Of a stretch of 64,000 nucleotides of DNA, positions 1 through 10,976 are shown one piece after another. The position numbers and the translations under genes are program-made. Location: NCBI GenBank assembly GCA_963824995.1, contig CAWGRK010000010.1:184928-248927 (forward strand), given 5' to 3'. This DNA comes from an uncultured Actinomycetes bacterium (GTDB lineage: Bacteria; Actinomycetota; Acidimicrobiia; Spongiisociales; DATADW01). A model generated the notes under the pieces. The model saw nothing but the letters and a program-made list of their open reading frames with translations. It was not told the DNA's origin and ran no database searches. Within the stretch, counting starts at the first letter, position 1, and every line of letters begins with the position of its first letter.

Positions 1-372
1 GCGCCGGCCAAGGTCGATACCGGCTGCGGGCAGTGGAGGTTGTGCGACTCAGAAGCGGTGTCGATCGAAGAGGTGGCAGCGGTCATCGACGGCGTGCTGG
101 CTCTGGATCCGATCCCTGGCCGAACCGCACCCCATGCCCCGATGCTGGATTCCATCAGGACGCTCACCTACCACGGTGTGCTGTCCACCTGCACCGACCG
201 ACCCGCCTCGTTGCTCGGACAGCACGTCAGCCGCGGAGCGCTCGCCTCGCTGATGACCCGCGCCGCCGGTCTCGCCGACGCAGAGCCCTGTGACACGGCC
301 GCCATCGCTGAGATACGCCTCTTCGGCGGTTCTCACCGGGAGCCCGTCAGCTTCCGGCCCTTCGCCGACTGA
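1..372 (+). CDS. C-terminal part of a protein with degenerate S-layer homology (SLH)-like repeats (5' truncated)
   Basis: Frame 1 is open from base 1 (APAKVDTGCGQWRLCDSEAVSIEEVAAVI...VSRGALASLMTRAAGL); resembles the GC-x4-C..RAEMA repeats of the SLH protein at 24540. Confidence 0.45.
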   Translation, partial: APAKVDTGCGQWRLCDSEAVSIEEVAAVIDGVLALDPIPGRTAPHAPMLDSIRTLTYHGVLSTCTDRPASLLGQHVSRGALASLMTRAAGLADAEPCDTAAIAEIRLFGGSHREPVSFRPFAD

Positions 373-1215
373 TCACCACCCTCTTCGGGTCTCTTCCTGG
401 ACCCGCGCCATGAACGCCTCCACCAGGGTGACGGTGACGGTGCCCGTGGGGTATCGGCGGTCGTTCACCTCGACCACGGGGGTCACCTCCTTCACCGTGG
501 AGAATGCGATGGCTTCGTCGGCCCCGAGAAGCCGGTCGAGATCGAAGGCGCCTTCAACGACCGTCAGTCCCCGACCGGCAGCCTCCTCGAGCAGCACCCT
601 GCGGGTGATCGAGTCGAGAATCCCCAATTCGAGTCCAGGCGTTTCCAGCACCCCTGCGCGGACCCAGCCCACCGAGAAGGTCGGGCCCTCCAGAACCCAC
701 CCATCTTTGCTCACCAGTAGGGCGTCGCTCTTCCCCAACCGGCGGGCGGATCGGGTCGCAGCCATGTTGGGCGCATAGCTGAGCGTCTTCGCCCCCGACA
801 GATCCCACGCCGCGCCGCCGGCGTGCCACGGCGCCGCCACCGCCGCCAAGGTGACGCTTGGCTCAGGGGGCGGCAGAGGCAGGGTCATCACCACCACCCG
901 AGGCTTGCCTTCGGGCCGTCCCGCCTCGCCGCCCCTCGTCACCAGGATCCGAACGATCCCGTCCCCCGCCTCCGATGCCACCTGCTCCACCCAACCGGCG
1001 ATCGTCTCGGTGTCGGGCAGGTCGAGTTCGAGCATCGAGGCGCTCCGTCGCAGCCGGGCGAGGTGGGCGTCGCTCTGGAAGGGGACTCCCCGATAGGCCC
1101 GGATCGCCTCGAAGCAGCCATCGCCCCGCATGACCACACCGTCGAATACCGGAAGCACGGCGTCGGCCGCCGGGAAGGCCACACCGTCGACCAGGACCTG
1201 GGGTGAGGTCACCAC
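373..1215 (-). CDS. PLP-dependent aminotransferase class IV (IlvE/PabC-like)
   Basis: RGDGCFEAIR, AKTLSYAPN, EGPTF, ILDSITR motifs; GTG start just after the nadE stop. Confidence 0.9.
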   Translation of the reverse strand: MVTSPQVLVDGVAFPAADAVLPVFDGVVMRGDGCFEAIRAYRGVPFQSDAHLARLRRSASMLELDLPDTETIAGWVEQVASEAGDGIVRILVTRGGEAGRPEGKPRVVVMTLPLPPPEPSVTLAAVAAPWHAGGAAWDLSGAKTLSYAPNMAATRSARRLGKSDALLVSKDGWVLEGPTFSVGWVRAGVLETPGLELGILDSITRRVLLEEAAGRGLTVVEGAFDLDRLLGADEAIAFSTVKEVTPVVEVNDRRYPTGTVTVTLVEAFMARVQEETRRGW

Positions 1216-1216
1216 C

Positions 1217-2920
1217 TCAGCCGCCGTGATACCGGTTGGTGATGGGCATCCGCCGCTCCTTACCGAAGGCCCGGGTGGTGATCTTGACCCCGGGGGCCGC
1301 CTGGCGCCGCTTGTACTCATTGCGATCAACCAGTTCGGCGACCCACTCGACGACATCTCGACGTTGGCCGCCGTCAACGATCTGGTCCACCGAGAGGTCG
1401 CCCTCGACGTACCCGGCGAGTATCGAGTCGAGCACGTCGTAAGGGGGCAGGCTGTCGCTGTCCTTTTGATTCGGTCTCAGTTCGGCCGAGGGCGGCTTCT
1501 CGATGCTGCTCGGAGGTATCACCTCTGATTGCAGGTTGCGCCAGCGTGCCAGGCGGTAGACCAGGGTCTTGAAGACATCCTTGAGCACGGCGTATCCCCC
1601 GACCATGTCTCCGTACAGCGTGGCGTAGCCCGCTGCCATCTCAGACTTGTTCCCGGTGGCAACCACCATTGCCCCGAACTTGTTGGAGAGGGCCATGAGG
1701 ATGGCCCCGCGTATCCGTGCCTGGAGATTCTCCTCGGTCACGCCGGTGGCGGTTCCGGCGAACAGGGTCTCGAGCGCATCGAGGTAGGCGGAGAAGACGC
1801 CGTCCATGGGGACGAGGTCGAACCTCATCCGAAGACGCGTCGCCAGGTCCTTGGCGTCGAGCACCGAGCCCTCCGAACTGTGACGGGATGGCATGCCCAC
1901 TCCCCACACCGCCTCGGGTCCGAGAGCGTCGACCGCGATGGCGGCGGTGAGTGCCGAGTCGATCCCTCCGGAAAGCCCGACGAGTACTTCGCTGAACCCG
2001 TTCTTGCGGACGTAGTCGCCGAGGGCAATAGTGAGGGCGCGGTACACCTCAGCCTCGACAGGCTCCAGCAAAGGGGTGATCTCCGAGTGATGAGACTTCT
2101 CGGGCAGTGGTCTGGAGCGTACGGGCGAGGCGGACCCGACCGGCGAGCCGGCTACTTCGAGGTCCACCAGCAGGCGGTCCTCTTCGAACTGGGGGGACCG
2201 GGCCAGTACCCGGCCATCGGCGGTTATCGCCACAGAGGCACCATCGAACACCAACTCGTCCTGTCCACCCACCAGATTGAGAAAGACCAGCGGCACCCCG
2301 GAGGATTGGGCACGCTCGGCCAGCATCCCCTCGCGTGCCAGCGCCTTGCCGTAGTGGAACGGCGATGCGCTGATGTTGAGCAGGGCCTGGGCACCGGCGG
2401 CCGCCTGTCTCGTCGGAGGCCCATCGGGGAGCCAGATGTCCTCGCAGATCGAGACGCCGACGGCGACCCCGCCTATGTCCCAAAGCCGGTCGGGATCGGT
2501 CCCTACCGTGAAGTACCGGTCCTCATCGAACACCCCGTAGTTGGGAAGAAGCACCTTGTGGTAGATGCCTTGGAGTCGGCCCCGGCAGAGGACGGCGGCG
2601 GCGTTGGCGACGTCCCGAGGAAGGGCATCGGCCGCATTGCGACCCACCCCGGTATGGCGGTCGACGAACCCGACGACGGTGGTCACCTCGCCGGAGGCGA
2701 CCGCAAGGCGATCAACAACCTCCCGGTTGGCCTCGACGAATCCCGGGCGGAGCACCATGTCCTCGGGCGGGTATCCGGTGACCGCCAATTCCGGCAGCAG
2801 CAGGACGTGGGCACCAACCTCCTCGGCCCAGCCCATGGCTTCGAGAATCCGAGCTTCGTTGCCGTCGAAGTCGCCGACAACGAGGTCCAATTGGGCGCCT
2901 GCTACCCGAAGGACGGTCAT
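1217..2920 (-). CDS. nadE: Glutamine-dependent NAD+ synthetase
   Basis: Nitrilase-type domain (PELAVTGYPPED, ICEDIW) plus GLSGGIDS, ENLQARIRG, TGNKSE, PSAELRP. Confidence 0.97.
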   Translation of the reverse strand: MTVLRVAGAQLDLVVGDFDGNEARILEAMGWAEEVGAHVLLLPELAVTGYPPEDMVLRPGFVEANREVVDRLAVASGEVTTVVGFVDRHTGVGRNAADALPRDVANAAAVLCRGRLQGIYHKVLLPNYGVFDEDRYFTVGTDPDRLWDIGGVAVGVSICEDIWLPDGPPTRQAAAGAQALLNISASPFHYGKALAREGMLAERAQSSGVPLVFLNLVGGQDELVFDGASVAITADGRVLARSPQFEEDRLLVDLEVAGSPVGSASPVRSRPLPEKSHHSEITPLLEPVEAEVYRALTIALGDYVRKNGFSEVLVGLSGGIDSALTAAIAVDALGPEAVWGVGMPSRHSSEGSVLDAKDLATRLRMRFDLVPMDGVFSAYLDALETLFAGTATGVTEENLQARIRGAILMALSNKFGAMVVATGNKSEMAAGYATLYGDMVGGYAVLKDVFKTLVYRLARWRNLQSEVIPPSSIEKPPSAELRPNQKDSDSLPPYDVLDSILAGYVEGDLSVDQIVDGGQRRDVVEWVAELVDRNEYKRRQAAPGVKITTRAFGKERRMPITNRYHGG

Positions 2921-2971
2921 CCGGTCAGCATAGATATGGTCCCGGACCCCGCCTCAGATGTCTACCTACCC

Positions 2972-2999
2972 GTACCAAGTACCAAGTACTGAGTACTTA
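2972..2999. repeat. Heptamer tandem repeat GTAC(CA/TG/TT)A x4
   Basis: gtaccaa gtaccaa gtactga gtactta. Confidence 0.75.
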
Positions 3000-3446
3000 C
3001 ATAAGTACGGCGCTGGTGCCCTTTTCGGCGTCTCGGAGCCTGCTGCACATGGTCACAAGCAGCTTGAAGGTGATCGTCGGCGAGGACTTGAGCAGCGGGT
3101 GGAAGTCCCACGACGCCACCCCGAAAGTGCGCAACGCTGTGCCCGCAATCACGGTGGCGGTGCGCGGCCCCCCGTCGATCATCGAGACCTCTCCGAACCA
3201 CTGCCCCGCTCCCAGCTTGGCAACGGTGCGTCCCTTCTTCGTGACCCGCGCCTCGCCATCGAGGATCAGGTGAAAACCGACCCCCTTCTCTCCCTCGGTG
3301 ACCACGGTGTGCCCTTCGGCGTGGTCCACCACCCGCCCGGTCCTGGCGAGTTGGTCGAGCTCGCGTTTCGATAGATCGGCGAAGAGCGGCACCCGTCGAA
3401 GCATCTCCACTTGCTGCTTCCTCGTCACCAATGAGATCACCTCCAT
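2997..3446 (-). CDS. Stand-alone cyclic nucleotide-binding domain protein
   Basis: LRRVPLFADL, FGEVSMIDGGPRTATV; no CRP HTH domain. Confidence 0.9.
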   Translation of the reverse strand: MEVISLVTRKQQVEMLRRVPLFADLSKRELDQLARTGRVVDHAEGHTVVTEGEKGVGFHLILDGEARVTKKGRTVAKLGAGQWFGEVSMIDGGPRTATVIAGTALRTFGVASWDFHPLLKSSPTITFKLLVTMCSRLRDAEKGTSAVLM

Positions 3447-3507
3447 CCCCCGCCTCCCTCAGCCTACGCAACGGAAGCCGCCTTCGGCGGCGGCGTACCC
3501 TGTCGCC

Positions 3508-6439
3508 GTGCGGTCGCACGATGTATCGCCCGCCCGGCTCGGTATCTGGGACGGGCTACTGCCACGGTTGCGTGCCGTGGGTTGGGTCGACTCGGACGGG
3601 CTGGTCGTCGGACCGGCGGTGACATTGCTTCGACGGCTGCGGGGTGGCCCCGACCCCGAGGGGGCCCTCGAACGGCTGACGGCCGTGGTGGAAGCCGAAC
3701 CCCGGCTGGCGGAGGAGGCCCTCTCCGACTATGCGGTTGGCACCGCCCTGGTGACGGTGTGCGGGTCGAGCCGCGCTTTGTCTACGACTCTGGCGTCCCA
3801 CCCCGTGTGGATCGCTGAACTGCAAGATGGCGACCCTCATCTTCGAGACGAGGTCGAGCCCGGACTGCGGAGCATCGAGTTGCGTACCTTCACCCGAAGA
3901 TCGGTGCTGGGCATCGCGGTCGATGATCTCTCCGGGCGTATCGCCATGCCCGAGGTGGGAAGGCGACTTGCCTCCCTGGCCGACGCAGTAGCGAGGACCG
4001 CCCTCCAGTGGTCAAAGGAGGAGGTCCTCTCGACACCCCGTTTCGAAGGGCTGACCGACCTTCCGATGACGGTTGTCGCCATGGGGAAGTGGGGCGCCGG
4101 CGAGCTCAACTACTCGTCCGACATCGACTGTCTATTCGTCTACGACCTTGCTGCCAACGCCGATCCCGATCAGTCGCGTCATGCGGCGCAGCGGATCGCC
4201 TCGACCTTTACGAACCTGCTTGCCCGGGCGACGCCTGAAGGCATCGCCTTTCGGGTGGATGCCGACCTGCGGCCCGAAGGGAAGAACGGGCCACTCGCAA
4301 GGAGCCTCTCCTCGTACTCCGCCTACTACGCCAAGTGGGGCGAGCCGTGGGAGTCCCAGGCGCTGCTCAAGGCAAGACCGGTGGCCGGTGATCCGGACCT
4401 CGGTGACCGCTTCGCCGCAGATAGCGATCCGGACCGTATGGCCGGAGTCGCTCGACCCCGCCTCGATCCGGTCCATCAGAGGCATGAAGGCGCGAAGCGA
4501 AGCCCGTGTCGAGAAGCAGGGCCACGCCGCCACCGAGATCAAGCGTGGATTCGGCGGTATCCGCGATGCCGAGTTCGCCGTCCAACTCCTCCAACTCGTA
4601 CACGGTCGTTTCGACCCATCGCTCCGGGCGCCGGCCACGCTCGACGCCTTGGCGGCGCTGGCTGCCGGAGGCTACGTGCGGCAGGAGGACGCCAACGCTC
4701 TCGACGCCTCGTACCGGTGGCTCCGGACCCTCGAACACCGGCTGCAGCTATGGGAAATGCGACAAACCCACGCCCTCCCAACCACTCCTGCAGGGCGGGA
4801 GCGGGTGGCCAAGGCGATGGGGTACCGCGACGAGGAAGGTGGGTCTGCCCTCGAGCAGTTCGAGCATGACCTGAAGACGCATCGGTCCAGAGTCAGGGGG
4901 ATCCACGAACAGCTCTTCTACCGGCCGCTCCTCGATGCCATCGCCGCCTCGCCCACGGTTCGGCTCACTGCCGAGGAGATCGCCCGGCAACTGGCGGCAT
5001 TCGGTTTCAGGGACGTCGTCTCGGCCCGAAGAGCGGTGGACGAGTTGACCGGCGGGCTCTCTCGGCGCTCTCGGCTCATGCGGCAAACCCTGCCGTTGGT
5101 GCTCGACTGGCTCTCCACCGCCCCGGACCCCGATCTCGGGCTCAACCAGCTCCGACTGCTGGTGACTTCGACAACCGACAACGCCCCGCTGGTTGCCGTG
5201 TTGCGCGATGACCCGGTCGCGGCCGAGAGGCTGTGCCGTCTGCTCGGTGACAGCGTGCTGGTCGGCCGTTACATCGATCGGCTCCCAGATCTCCTCCCCG
5301 AACTCGGCGACGACCGCCGACTGGGATCGGCGCCGACCGGCGACGAACTCGAATCGGAGGTGACAGGGGCCATAACGCTTCGCCCGACTTGGGAACAGCG
5401 GCTCGACGAGTTGCGACGATTCGTCCGTCGTAGGGTCCTCAGAGTGGCGGCTCGCGACCTCCTCGGGCTGGCAGACGAGGGAGAGGTCGGCACCGAGTTG
5501 TCGGCGATCGCCGACGCCGCTACCCGGGCAGGCATCGTGCTGTCGCGGGATCGTCTTCTGCTGCGCTACCCGTCGTCGGTCGAATTCGCCGTTATCGGAA
5601 TGGGGCGCTGGGGGGGCGAGGAACTGGGATACGCATCCGATCTCGATCTCCTCTACGTGTACGACGTGCCCGAGGGCGCCGACCCGGTGGGGGCGAGGGA
5701 GCAAGCACTCAAGCTGGCCAACCTGCTCGGTGCAGCCCTCGGCGGTGTTCGACCCGAAGGCATCGCCTACCGGGTGGACGCCGGACTGAGGCCCGAGGGC
5801 CGGGCCGGGCCACTCACCCGGACGCTCGACTCGTACCGCGCCTATTGGGAGCGCTGGGCGGAACCGTGGGAGCTCCAGGCCCTCATCCGGGCACGTCCTG
5901 TGGCGGGTGACGAAGGGCTTGCTGCACGGTTCGTCGCTGCCGCCGCCCCGTTCGTCTGGCCCGAGCGGCTCTCGTCGGAGCGCGTCCGGGCGATTCGAAC
6001 CATGAAGGCCCGCGTCGAAAGAGATCGGATACCTCCTGGTGAGGATCCCGACTTCCATCTCAAGCTCGGTCCCGGCGGTCTCGTCGATGTCGAGTTCACC
6101 GCGCAACTTTTCCAGCAGAAGCACGGCGGAGCGACGCCGGCGCTGCGCGGTCCCGGGACGCTTGGAGCGCTGAGGGCGGTGGCCGCGGCAGGACTCATGC
6201 CGGTCCCCGAGGTGCAGGCACTCGATGAGGCTTATCGGTTCTGTACCCGTGTCCGCAACCGGCTGTTCCTGCAGACGGGTCAGGGCCGCGACTCTCTGCC
6301 CACCGACCCAGAGGAGGCGATCAGGCTCGGTCTATCGCTTGGTTTCCTCGACGCGCCACGTGCCAGCCTACGAGAGGACTACCGACGGCTCACCAGACGC
6401 GCCCGCCGGGTCGTCGAACGGAGGTTTTATAGAGACTGA
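3508..6439 (+). CDS. glnE: Glutamine synthetase adenylyltransferase/adenylyl-removing enzyme (frameshift near 4420)
   Basis: Two NTase domains (MGKWGAGELNYSSDID...DADLRPEG; MGRWGGEELGYASDLD), IKRGFGGIRDAEF and KLGPGGLVDVEF; split between ORFs 3298 and 4073. Confidence 0.93.
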
Positions 6440-6446
6440 GAGAACG

Positions 6447-6480
6447 GACGGCAACGGCAGACGGCACAACCCACAACCCA
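6447..6480. repeat. Heptamer tandem repeats (GACGGCA-like x3, CAACCCA x2)
   Basis: gacggca acggca gacggca caaccca caaccca just after the glnE stop. Confidence 0.65.
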
Positions 6481-6513
6481 TTTGTGAAGTCCGTAGGCAT
6501 CGCTGCCGATACC

Positions 6514-7725
6514 ATGAGCTCTTCCCGCAAACCCCGAGACAACGTGTCCACGAATCTCCACGAGCAATTCAGAGTCCTCGCCGCGGCAGCCGCAGCCGAA
6601 GCGGTGGCGTTGCGGCGCGAGATCCATCGCCATCCTGAGCTGGGCAACCAGGAGTTCCACACCACCGACCTCGTCGCAGACGCACTCGGTGCGGAGGTGA
6701 CGGTCAACCGTCGGCCGGGACGGAGCGGGCTGGTAGCGGAGGTGGGCTCTGCCGGACCTGTGGTCGCCTTCCGCGCCGACCTGGACGCACTACCCATCGA
6801 GGAGCGAACCGGGTTGGACTTCTCGTCGCGCATCCCGGGTGTGATGCACGCCTGCGGGCACGATGTCCACACTGCTATTGCTGTCGGGATTGCCAAGGTC
6901 ATGTCGCAGGTGGACGACATCGGCGGTCGGGTGCGGTTCCTATTTCAGCCCGCCGAGGAAACTTTTCCAGGTGGTGCTGCCGAGTTGATTCGCGAAGGAG
7001 CGATGACCGGAGTGAGCGCGGTTCTCGGCTTCCACGTGGACCCGGCCCTCCCTCCAGGGAAGGTGGCGCTGCTCGCTGGAGCGGTCACCAGCTCATCCGA
7101 TCGGGTCTCTGTCGTGATCGAGGGTCCGGGTGGTCACACTGCCCGACCCCACCAGACCGTGGACACCGTCTATGCAGCGGCCCACGTGGCTACCGAGCTT
7201 CCCGGGTTGCTGGCGCGCCTCACCGACCCGCGTTCGCCACATTGTCTGGTCTTCGGACAGATCCATGGTGGCGAGGCCGACAACGTGATCCCAACCACTG
7301 TCGAACTCTCCGGCACCTCGCGCACGTTGTCGCGGGCGTTGTGGGAGGAGATGCCCGCTCTGGTCGACCGGTTGGTTGCCGACCTCGTCGCCCCGACCGG
7401 CGCCAAGGCGAGGGTCGAGTTCCAGCGGGGTATCCCTCCTGTGATCAACGATGCCGCCATCACCGCCCAGGCCGAGGTCGCAGTGGCTGAGATGCTCGGG
7501 GTAGCCGCGGTGACGACCACCGAGCCGAGCATGGGAGCCGAGGACTTCGCCCGCTATCTCGAGCTTGCCCCCGGGGCGCTGTTGCGGCTCGGCGCTGCGC
7601 CCGACGGCCGGCGAGTAGATCTGCACAGCGCCACATTCGACGTGAACGAAGCCGCCATCGGGGTCGGGATCCTCGCGGGCTGCGCCATCCTCACCAGGCT
7701 CCTCAGCTCGACGCCGGCGGTCTGA
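6514..7725 (+). CDS. M20D family amidohydrolase
   Basis: HRHPELGNQE, RADLDALPI, MHACGHDVH, FQPAEE, MGAEDF. Confidence 0.93.
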   Translation: MSSSRKPRDNVSTNLHEQFRVLAAAAAAEAVALRREIHRHPELGNQEFHTTDLVADALGAEVTVNRRPGRSGLVAEVGSAGPVVAFRADLDALPIEERTGLDFSSRIPGVMHACGHDVHTAIAVGIAKVMSQVDDIGGRVRFLFQPAEETFPGGAAELIREGAMTGVSAVLGFHVDPALPPGKVALLAGAVTSSSDRVSVVIEGPGGHTARPHQTVDTVYAAAHVATELPGLLARLTDPRSPHCLVFGQIHGGEADNVIPTTVELSGTSRTLSRALWEEMPALVDRLVADLVAPTGAKARVEFQRGIPPVINDAAITAQAEVAVAEMLGVAAVTTTEPSMGAEDFARYLELAPGALLRLGAAPDGRRVDLHSATFDVNEAAIGVGILAGCAILTRLLSSTPAV

Positions 7726-7770
7726 ACCGCCCGGCGGGCGAGTTTCGCTCTCTCGTTACTCTGCAGCACC

Positions 7771-8427
7771 ATGAGCAGAGCTTCCATCGGACTGACCGAC
7801 GAACTTCAGGCGTACGTCGTCGAGCACTCGACCGCGCTCGATGAGGTCGAACTCCGGTTGATCGAGGCGACCTCGCAACTCGGGTCGCCTGCCTCGATGC
7901 AGGTGGCGCCCGAGCAGGCATTGCTGATACGGATGCTGGTGGCGTCAACCGGGGCGCGCCATGCTCTCGAGGTCGGGACGTTCACCGGTCTCTCCTCGCT
8001 GGCCATAGCCCGGGGCCTCCCACCTGACGGCCGCCTGCTCTGCTGCGACATCAACCGCGAATGGACCGATATCGCCCGGACCGCGTGGGAGACGGCTGGT
8101 GTGGCCGACCGGGTGGAACTCCGTCTCGCGCCGGCGCTCGACACGCTGCGGCGTCTTCCAGAGGAACCCACCTTCGACTTCGCCTTCCTCGACGCCGACA
8201 AGAGCACCTACCCGGAGTATCGAGAGGAGATAGTCGTCCGGCTCGAACTCGGCGGCCTATTCGTGGCGGACAACGTGTTGTGGGGTGGCGAAGTCGTCAC
8301 AGCCGCCGATGACGACGCTGACGTGGTGGGTCTTCGGCGGTTCAACCGGGAGATGGCCGAGGACGACCGGCTCATCACGGTGATGCTCCCGGTCGGTGAT
8401 GGCCTCACCATCGCCCATCGGGTCTGA
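7771..8427 (+). CDS. SAM-dependent O-methyltransferase (caffeoyl-CoA OMT-like)
   Basis: LEVGTFTGLS, FDFAFLDADK, ADNVLWGG, GDGLT. Confidence 0.92.
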   Translation: MSRASIGLTDELQAYVVEHSTALDEVELRLIEATSQLGSPASMQVAPEQALLIRMLVASTGARHALEVGTFTGLSSLAIARGLPPDGRLLCCDINREWTDIARTAWETAGVADRVELRLAPALDTLRRLPEEPTFDFAFLDADKSTYPEYREEIVVRLELGGLFVADNVLWGGEVVTAADDDADVVGLRRFNREMAEDDRLITVMLPVGDGLTIAHRV

Positions 8428-8813
8428 TGCCACAGGGGGTGGTCGGGCTAGCCGGTGTGGTGCTTTGGACGACCGACGAGCGCCACGCCGCGATGCGGGC
8501 CTTTTTTGTCGAGGTCCTGGGGATGCATCCCAGGTCGGACCGCACAGGATTCGTCAACTTCGAGCTTGGCGAGGCCCGTTTGACCGTTGCCGTCCACCGC
8601 GAGGTGAGCGGAAGAGCGAGAGATCCGCTTCGGATAATGGTCAACCTGACCGTGGACGAACTCGACGGCATGCATCAGCATTTGCTCGATGCCGGTGTGC
8701 CCTGCCTGCGTCCCCCTGAGCGGGAGAGCTGGGGCGGTCGGGTCGCCACCTACCAGGATCCCGACGGAAACGTCGTCCAGCTCTTCGAGTTTCCCGCCTC
8801 AGGTGGGGGCTAG
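8427..8813 (+). CDS. VOC/glyoxalase family protein
   Basis: AFFVEVLG...SWGGRVATYQDPDGNVVQLFE. Confidence 0.85.
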   Translation: MPQGVVGLAGVVLWTTDERHAAMRAFFVEVLGMHPRSDRTGFVNFELGEARLTVAVHREVSGRARDPLRIMVNLTVDELDGMHQHLLDAGVPCLRPPERESWGGRVATYQDPDGNVVQLFEFPASGGG

Positions 8814-9829
8814 TCCACCACCGGGAAACCCTCGTCGATAAGAGCTCTGCGCAGTGCTCCGGCCTCACCGGGGCGCACAGAGACAGCCAACACCCCACCG
8901 CCGCCATGCGGGGAGTGGCGAAGTTGCAGGTCGCGGACATCGACCCGGCTCGTGGCCATTGCTCTGCCGACCGCGGCGAGTTCACCGGGCTCGTCGCGCA
9001 ACGGCACCTCGACGAGCACCACAGGCGGCGCCAGACGGCGGCGCCCGTCCCTGGCATGCTCGAGGCGTTGCAGCAGCGACGCTGCGTCACCGCCGGAGAG
9101 ATCGGCGGACCAGCCGCCGAGAGTCCTGACCATCTCGGCGAGCGCGGTATCCACCTCGGTGCGGTTCTCCAGCAACACCTCCGAGGACCATCCTGGCTCC
9201 GAAAGCGCAACCCGGGTCAGGTCGCGGAAGCTGCCAGAAGCCAGATCAGCCGCCTCGGGCTCGCCCTCGAGCGATTCGATCAGAGCCGCGGCCAGCAGTT
9301 GTGGGAGATGACTGATCACCGCCACCGCACGATCGTGACGCTCGGCGGACATCACCACCGAACGGGCGCCGAGCGAGGAGACCAGCCTGGATAGTTCCTC
9401 GATGTCTTCGGCCTCGGCCCCGTCGTTGCAGAGCACCCAGGCCGAACCGCGGAACAATCCAGCCGACGCGGCATTGGGCCCCGTGTGCTCTCTCCCCGCC
9501 ATCGGATGTCCGCCGACGAACCGGCGGAGATGGGCACCGGCAGCCACAACGGGCCGCTTGACTCCGGCAACGTCGGTCACCAAGGCGTCTGTTCGGAGCC
9601 GGGTTAGATGGTCGATTATGGCGGCGGGCGGTCCCGCAAGCACCACCAGGTGGGCCTCCTCCACAGCGTCCTCTACCGACTCCGCAATCAGCCCCAACGC
9701 TCCCCTATCGGCGGCCCCATGCGATGCCGAAGGGTCCGGGTCCCACCCCACGACGTCCCACCCGAGATCGGTCAACCCGAGAGCGATCGACGTCCCGATC
9801 AAACCTGTGCCGACGACGCCAGCCCTCAT
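8810..9829 (-). CDS. tyrA: Prephenate dehydrogenase with C-terminal ACT domain
   Basis: GTGLIGTS, FVGGHPMAGRE, HDRAVAVISHLP, FRDLTRVA, DEPGELA. Confidence 0.92.
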   Translation of the reverse strand: MRAGVVGTGLIGTSIALGLTDLGWDVVGWDPDPSASHGAADRGALGLIAESVEDAVEEAHLVVLAGPPAAIIDHLTRLRTDALVTDVAGVKRPVVAAGAHLRRFVGGHPMAGREHTGPNAASAGLFRGSAWVLCNDGAEAEDIEELSRLVSSLGARSVVMSAERHDRAVAVISHLPQLLAAALIESLEGEPEAADLASGSFRDLTRVALSEPGWSSEVLLENRTEVDTALAEMVRTLGGWSADLSGGDAASLLQRLEHARDGRRRLAPPVVLVEVPLRDEPGELAAVGRAMATSRVDVRDLQLRHSPHGGGGVLAVSVRPGEAGALRRALIDEGFPVVD

Positions 9830-9830
9830 T

Positions 9831-10844
9831 TCAGACGACGATGCCGAGCGCATCAGCCAGGGCTCGAACCTGGTCCATGAGCGCGGCGAACTCGTATGGA
9901 AGAAGCGCCTGAGCCCCGTCGACCATTGCGGTTTCGGGAGCGGGATGGACATCGACCATGAACCCGTCGGCTCCCACGGCTACCGCTGCACGTGCCAGAG
10001 GAGCAACCAGTTCGCGCCTCCCGGCAGCGTGCGAGGGATCGATCATGATGGGGAGGTGCGAAAGCTCCTTGACCACCGGGATGGCGGTGATGTCGAGGGT
10101 GTTGCGCGCCGCGGTCTCGAATGTCCTGATGCCGCGCTCGACCAGCACGATCTCGTGGTTGCCCGACTTGAAGATGTACTCGGCGGCGTTGAGCCACTCC
10201 TCAACCGTTGCGGTCAGCCCTCGCTTGAGTTGCACCGGCTTGCCGGCCGTCCCGACCTCGGCGAGAAGACTGAAGTTGGCCATGTTCCGAGTCCCCACCC
10301 GGATCATGTCGGCGTAGGACGCCACCAGCGTGACGTGTCTCGGGTCCACCACCTCGGCCACGAACGGGATCTCGAAGGCATCGCGCGCTTCGGCGAGGAG
10401 TTCGAGGCCCTCCTCGCCGAGGCCCTGGAACGAGTAGGGCGACGTGCGTGGTTTGAAGGCGTCGCCACGGAGCACGGTCGCTCCCGCCTTCTTCACCGCC
10501 TCGGCGGTGCGCATGACCTGGTCCCTCGTCTCGACGGCACACGGGCCCGCGATCGGGGCGAAGAACCCTCCGCCGATCCGGGCCTCACCCACAATGACCA
10601 CCGTGTCGTTCTGCTGGAACTCGCGGCTCACCAGTTTGAAGGGCTTGAGCACCGGGATGGCTCTCTCCACCCCCGACATCGCCTCCCATGGCAACTGCTG
10701 GATCCTGTCGCGATCACCGACGGCCCCGATGACGGTGCGGTCTCGCCCGTTGGAGACGTGCGCCTCGCACCCGATCTGGTGGAGCCGGTCGCAGACAGCG
10801 GCGATGTCCTCGGCGGTCGCAGCCGGCCGCATCACGATGATCAT
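9831..10844 (-). CDS. aroF: DAHP synthase class I-beta with N-terminal regulatory domain
   Basis: IAGPCAVE, AFKPRTSPYSFQG, GTRNMANF, ERGIRTFE, DPSHAAG. Confidence 0.95.
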   Translation of the reverse strand: MIIVMRPAATAEDIAAVCDRLHQIGCEAHVSNGRDRTVIGAVGDRDRIQQLPWEAMSGVERAIPVLKPFKLVSREFQQNDTVVIVGEARIGGGFFAPIAGPCAVETRDQVMRTAEAVKKAGATVLRGDAFKPRTSPYSFQGLGEEGLELLAEARDAFEIPFVAEVVDPRHVTLVASYADMIRVGTRNMANFSLLAEVGTAGKPVQLKRGLTATVEEWLNAAEYIFKSGNHEIVLVERGIRTFETAARNTLDITAIPVVKELSHLPIMIDPSHAAGRRELVAPLARAAVAVGADGFMVDVHPAPETAMVDGAQALLPYEFAALMDQVRALADALGIVV

Positions 10845-10889
10845 GCGCCGGATTGTGCCAGGTCGGTCCGAGCCCACCGGACTGCCTCG

Positions 10890-10942
10890 ACCCAGGGTTG
10901 GCAGCTACCTGACAGGTACTCACCAACCCAGGGTTGGCAGCT
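10890..10942. repeat. Dispersed ~50 bp element, copy A (two ACCCAGGGTTGGCAGCT units)
   Basis: acccagggttggcagct at 10890 and ccaacccagggttggcagct at 10923; related copy at 13141. Confidence 0.8.
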
Positions 10943-10976
10943 TTGGCGTGGGCACCGTGCCCGTACACTCACCGCC

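Noticed and set aside
10890..10942. CRISPR-like repeat-spacer-repeat
   Set aside because: Only two 17-bp units with a 16-nt spacer, and no cas genes
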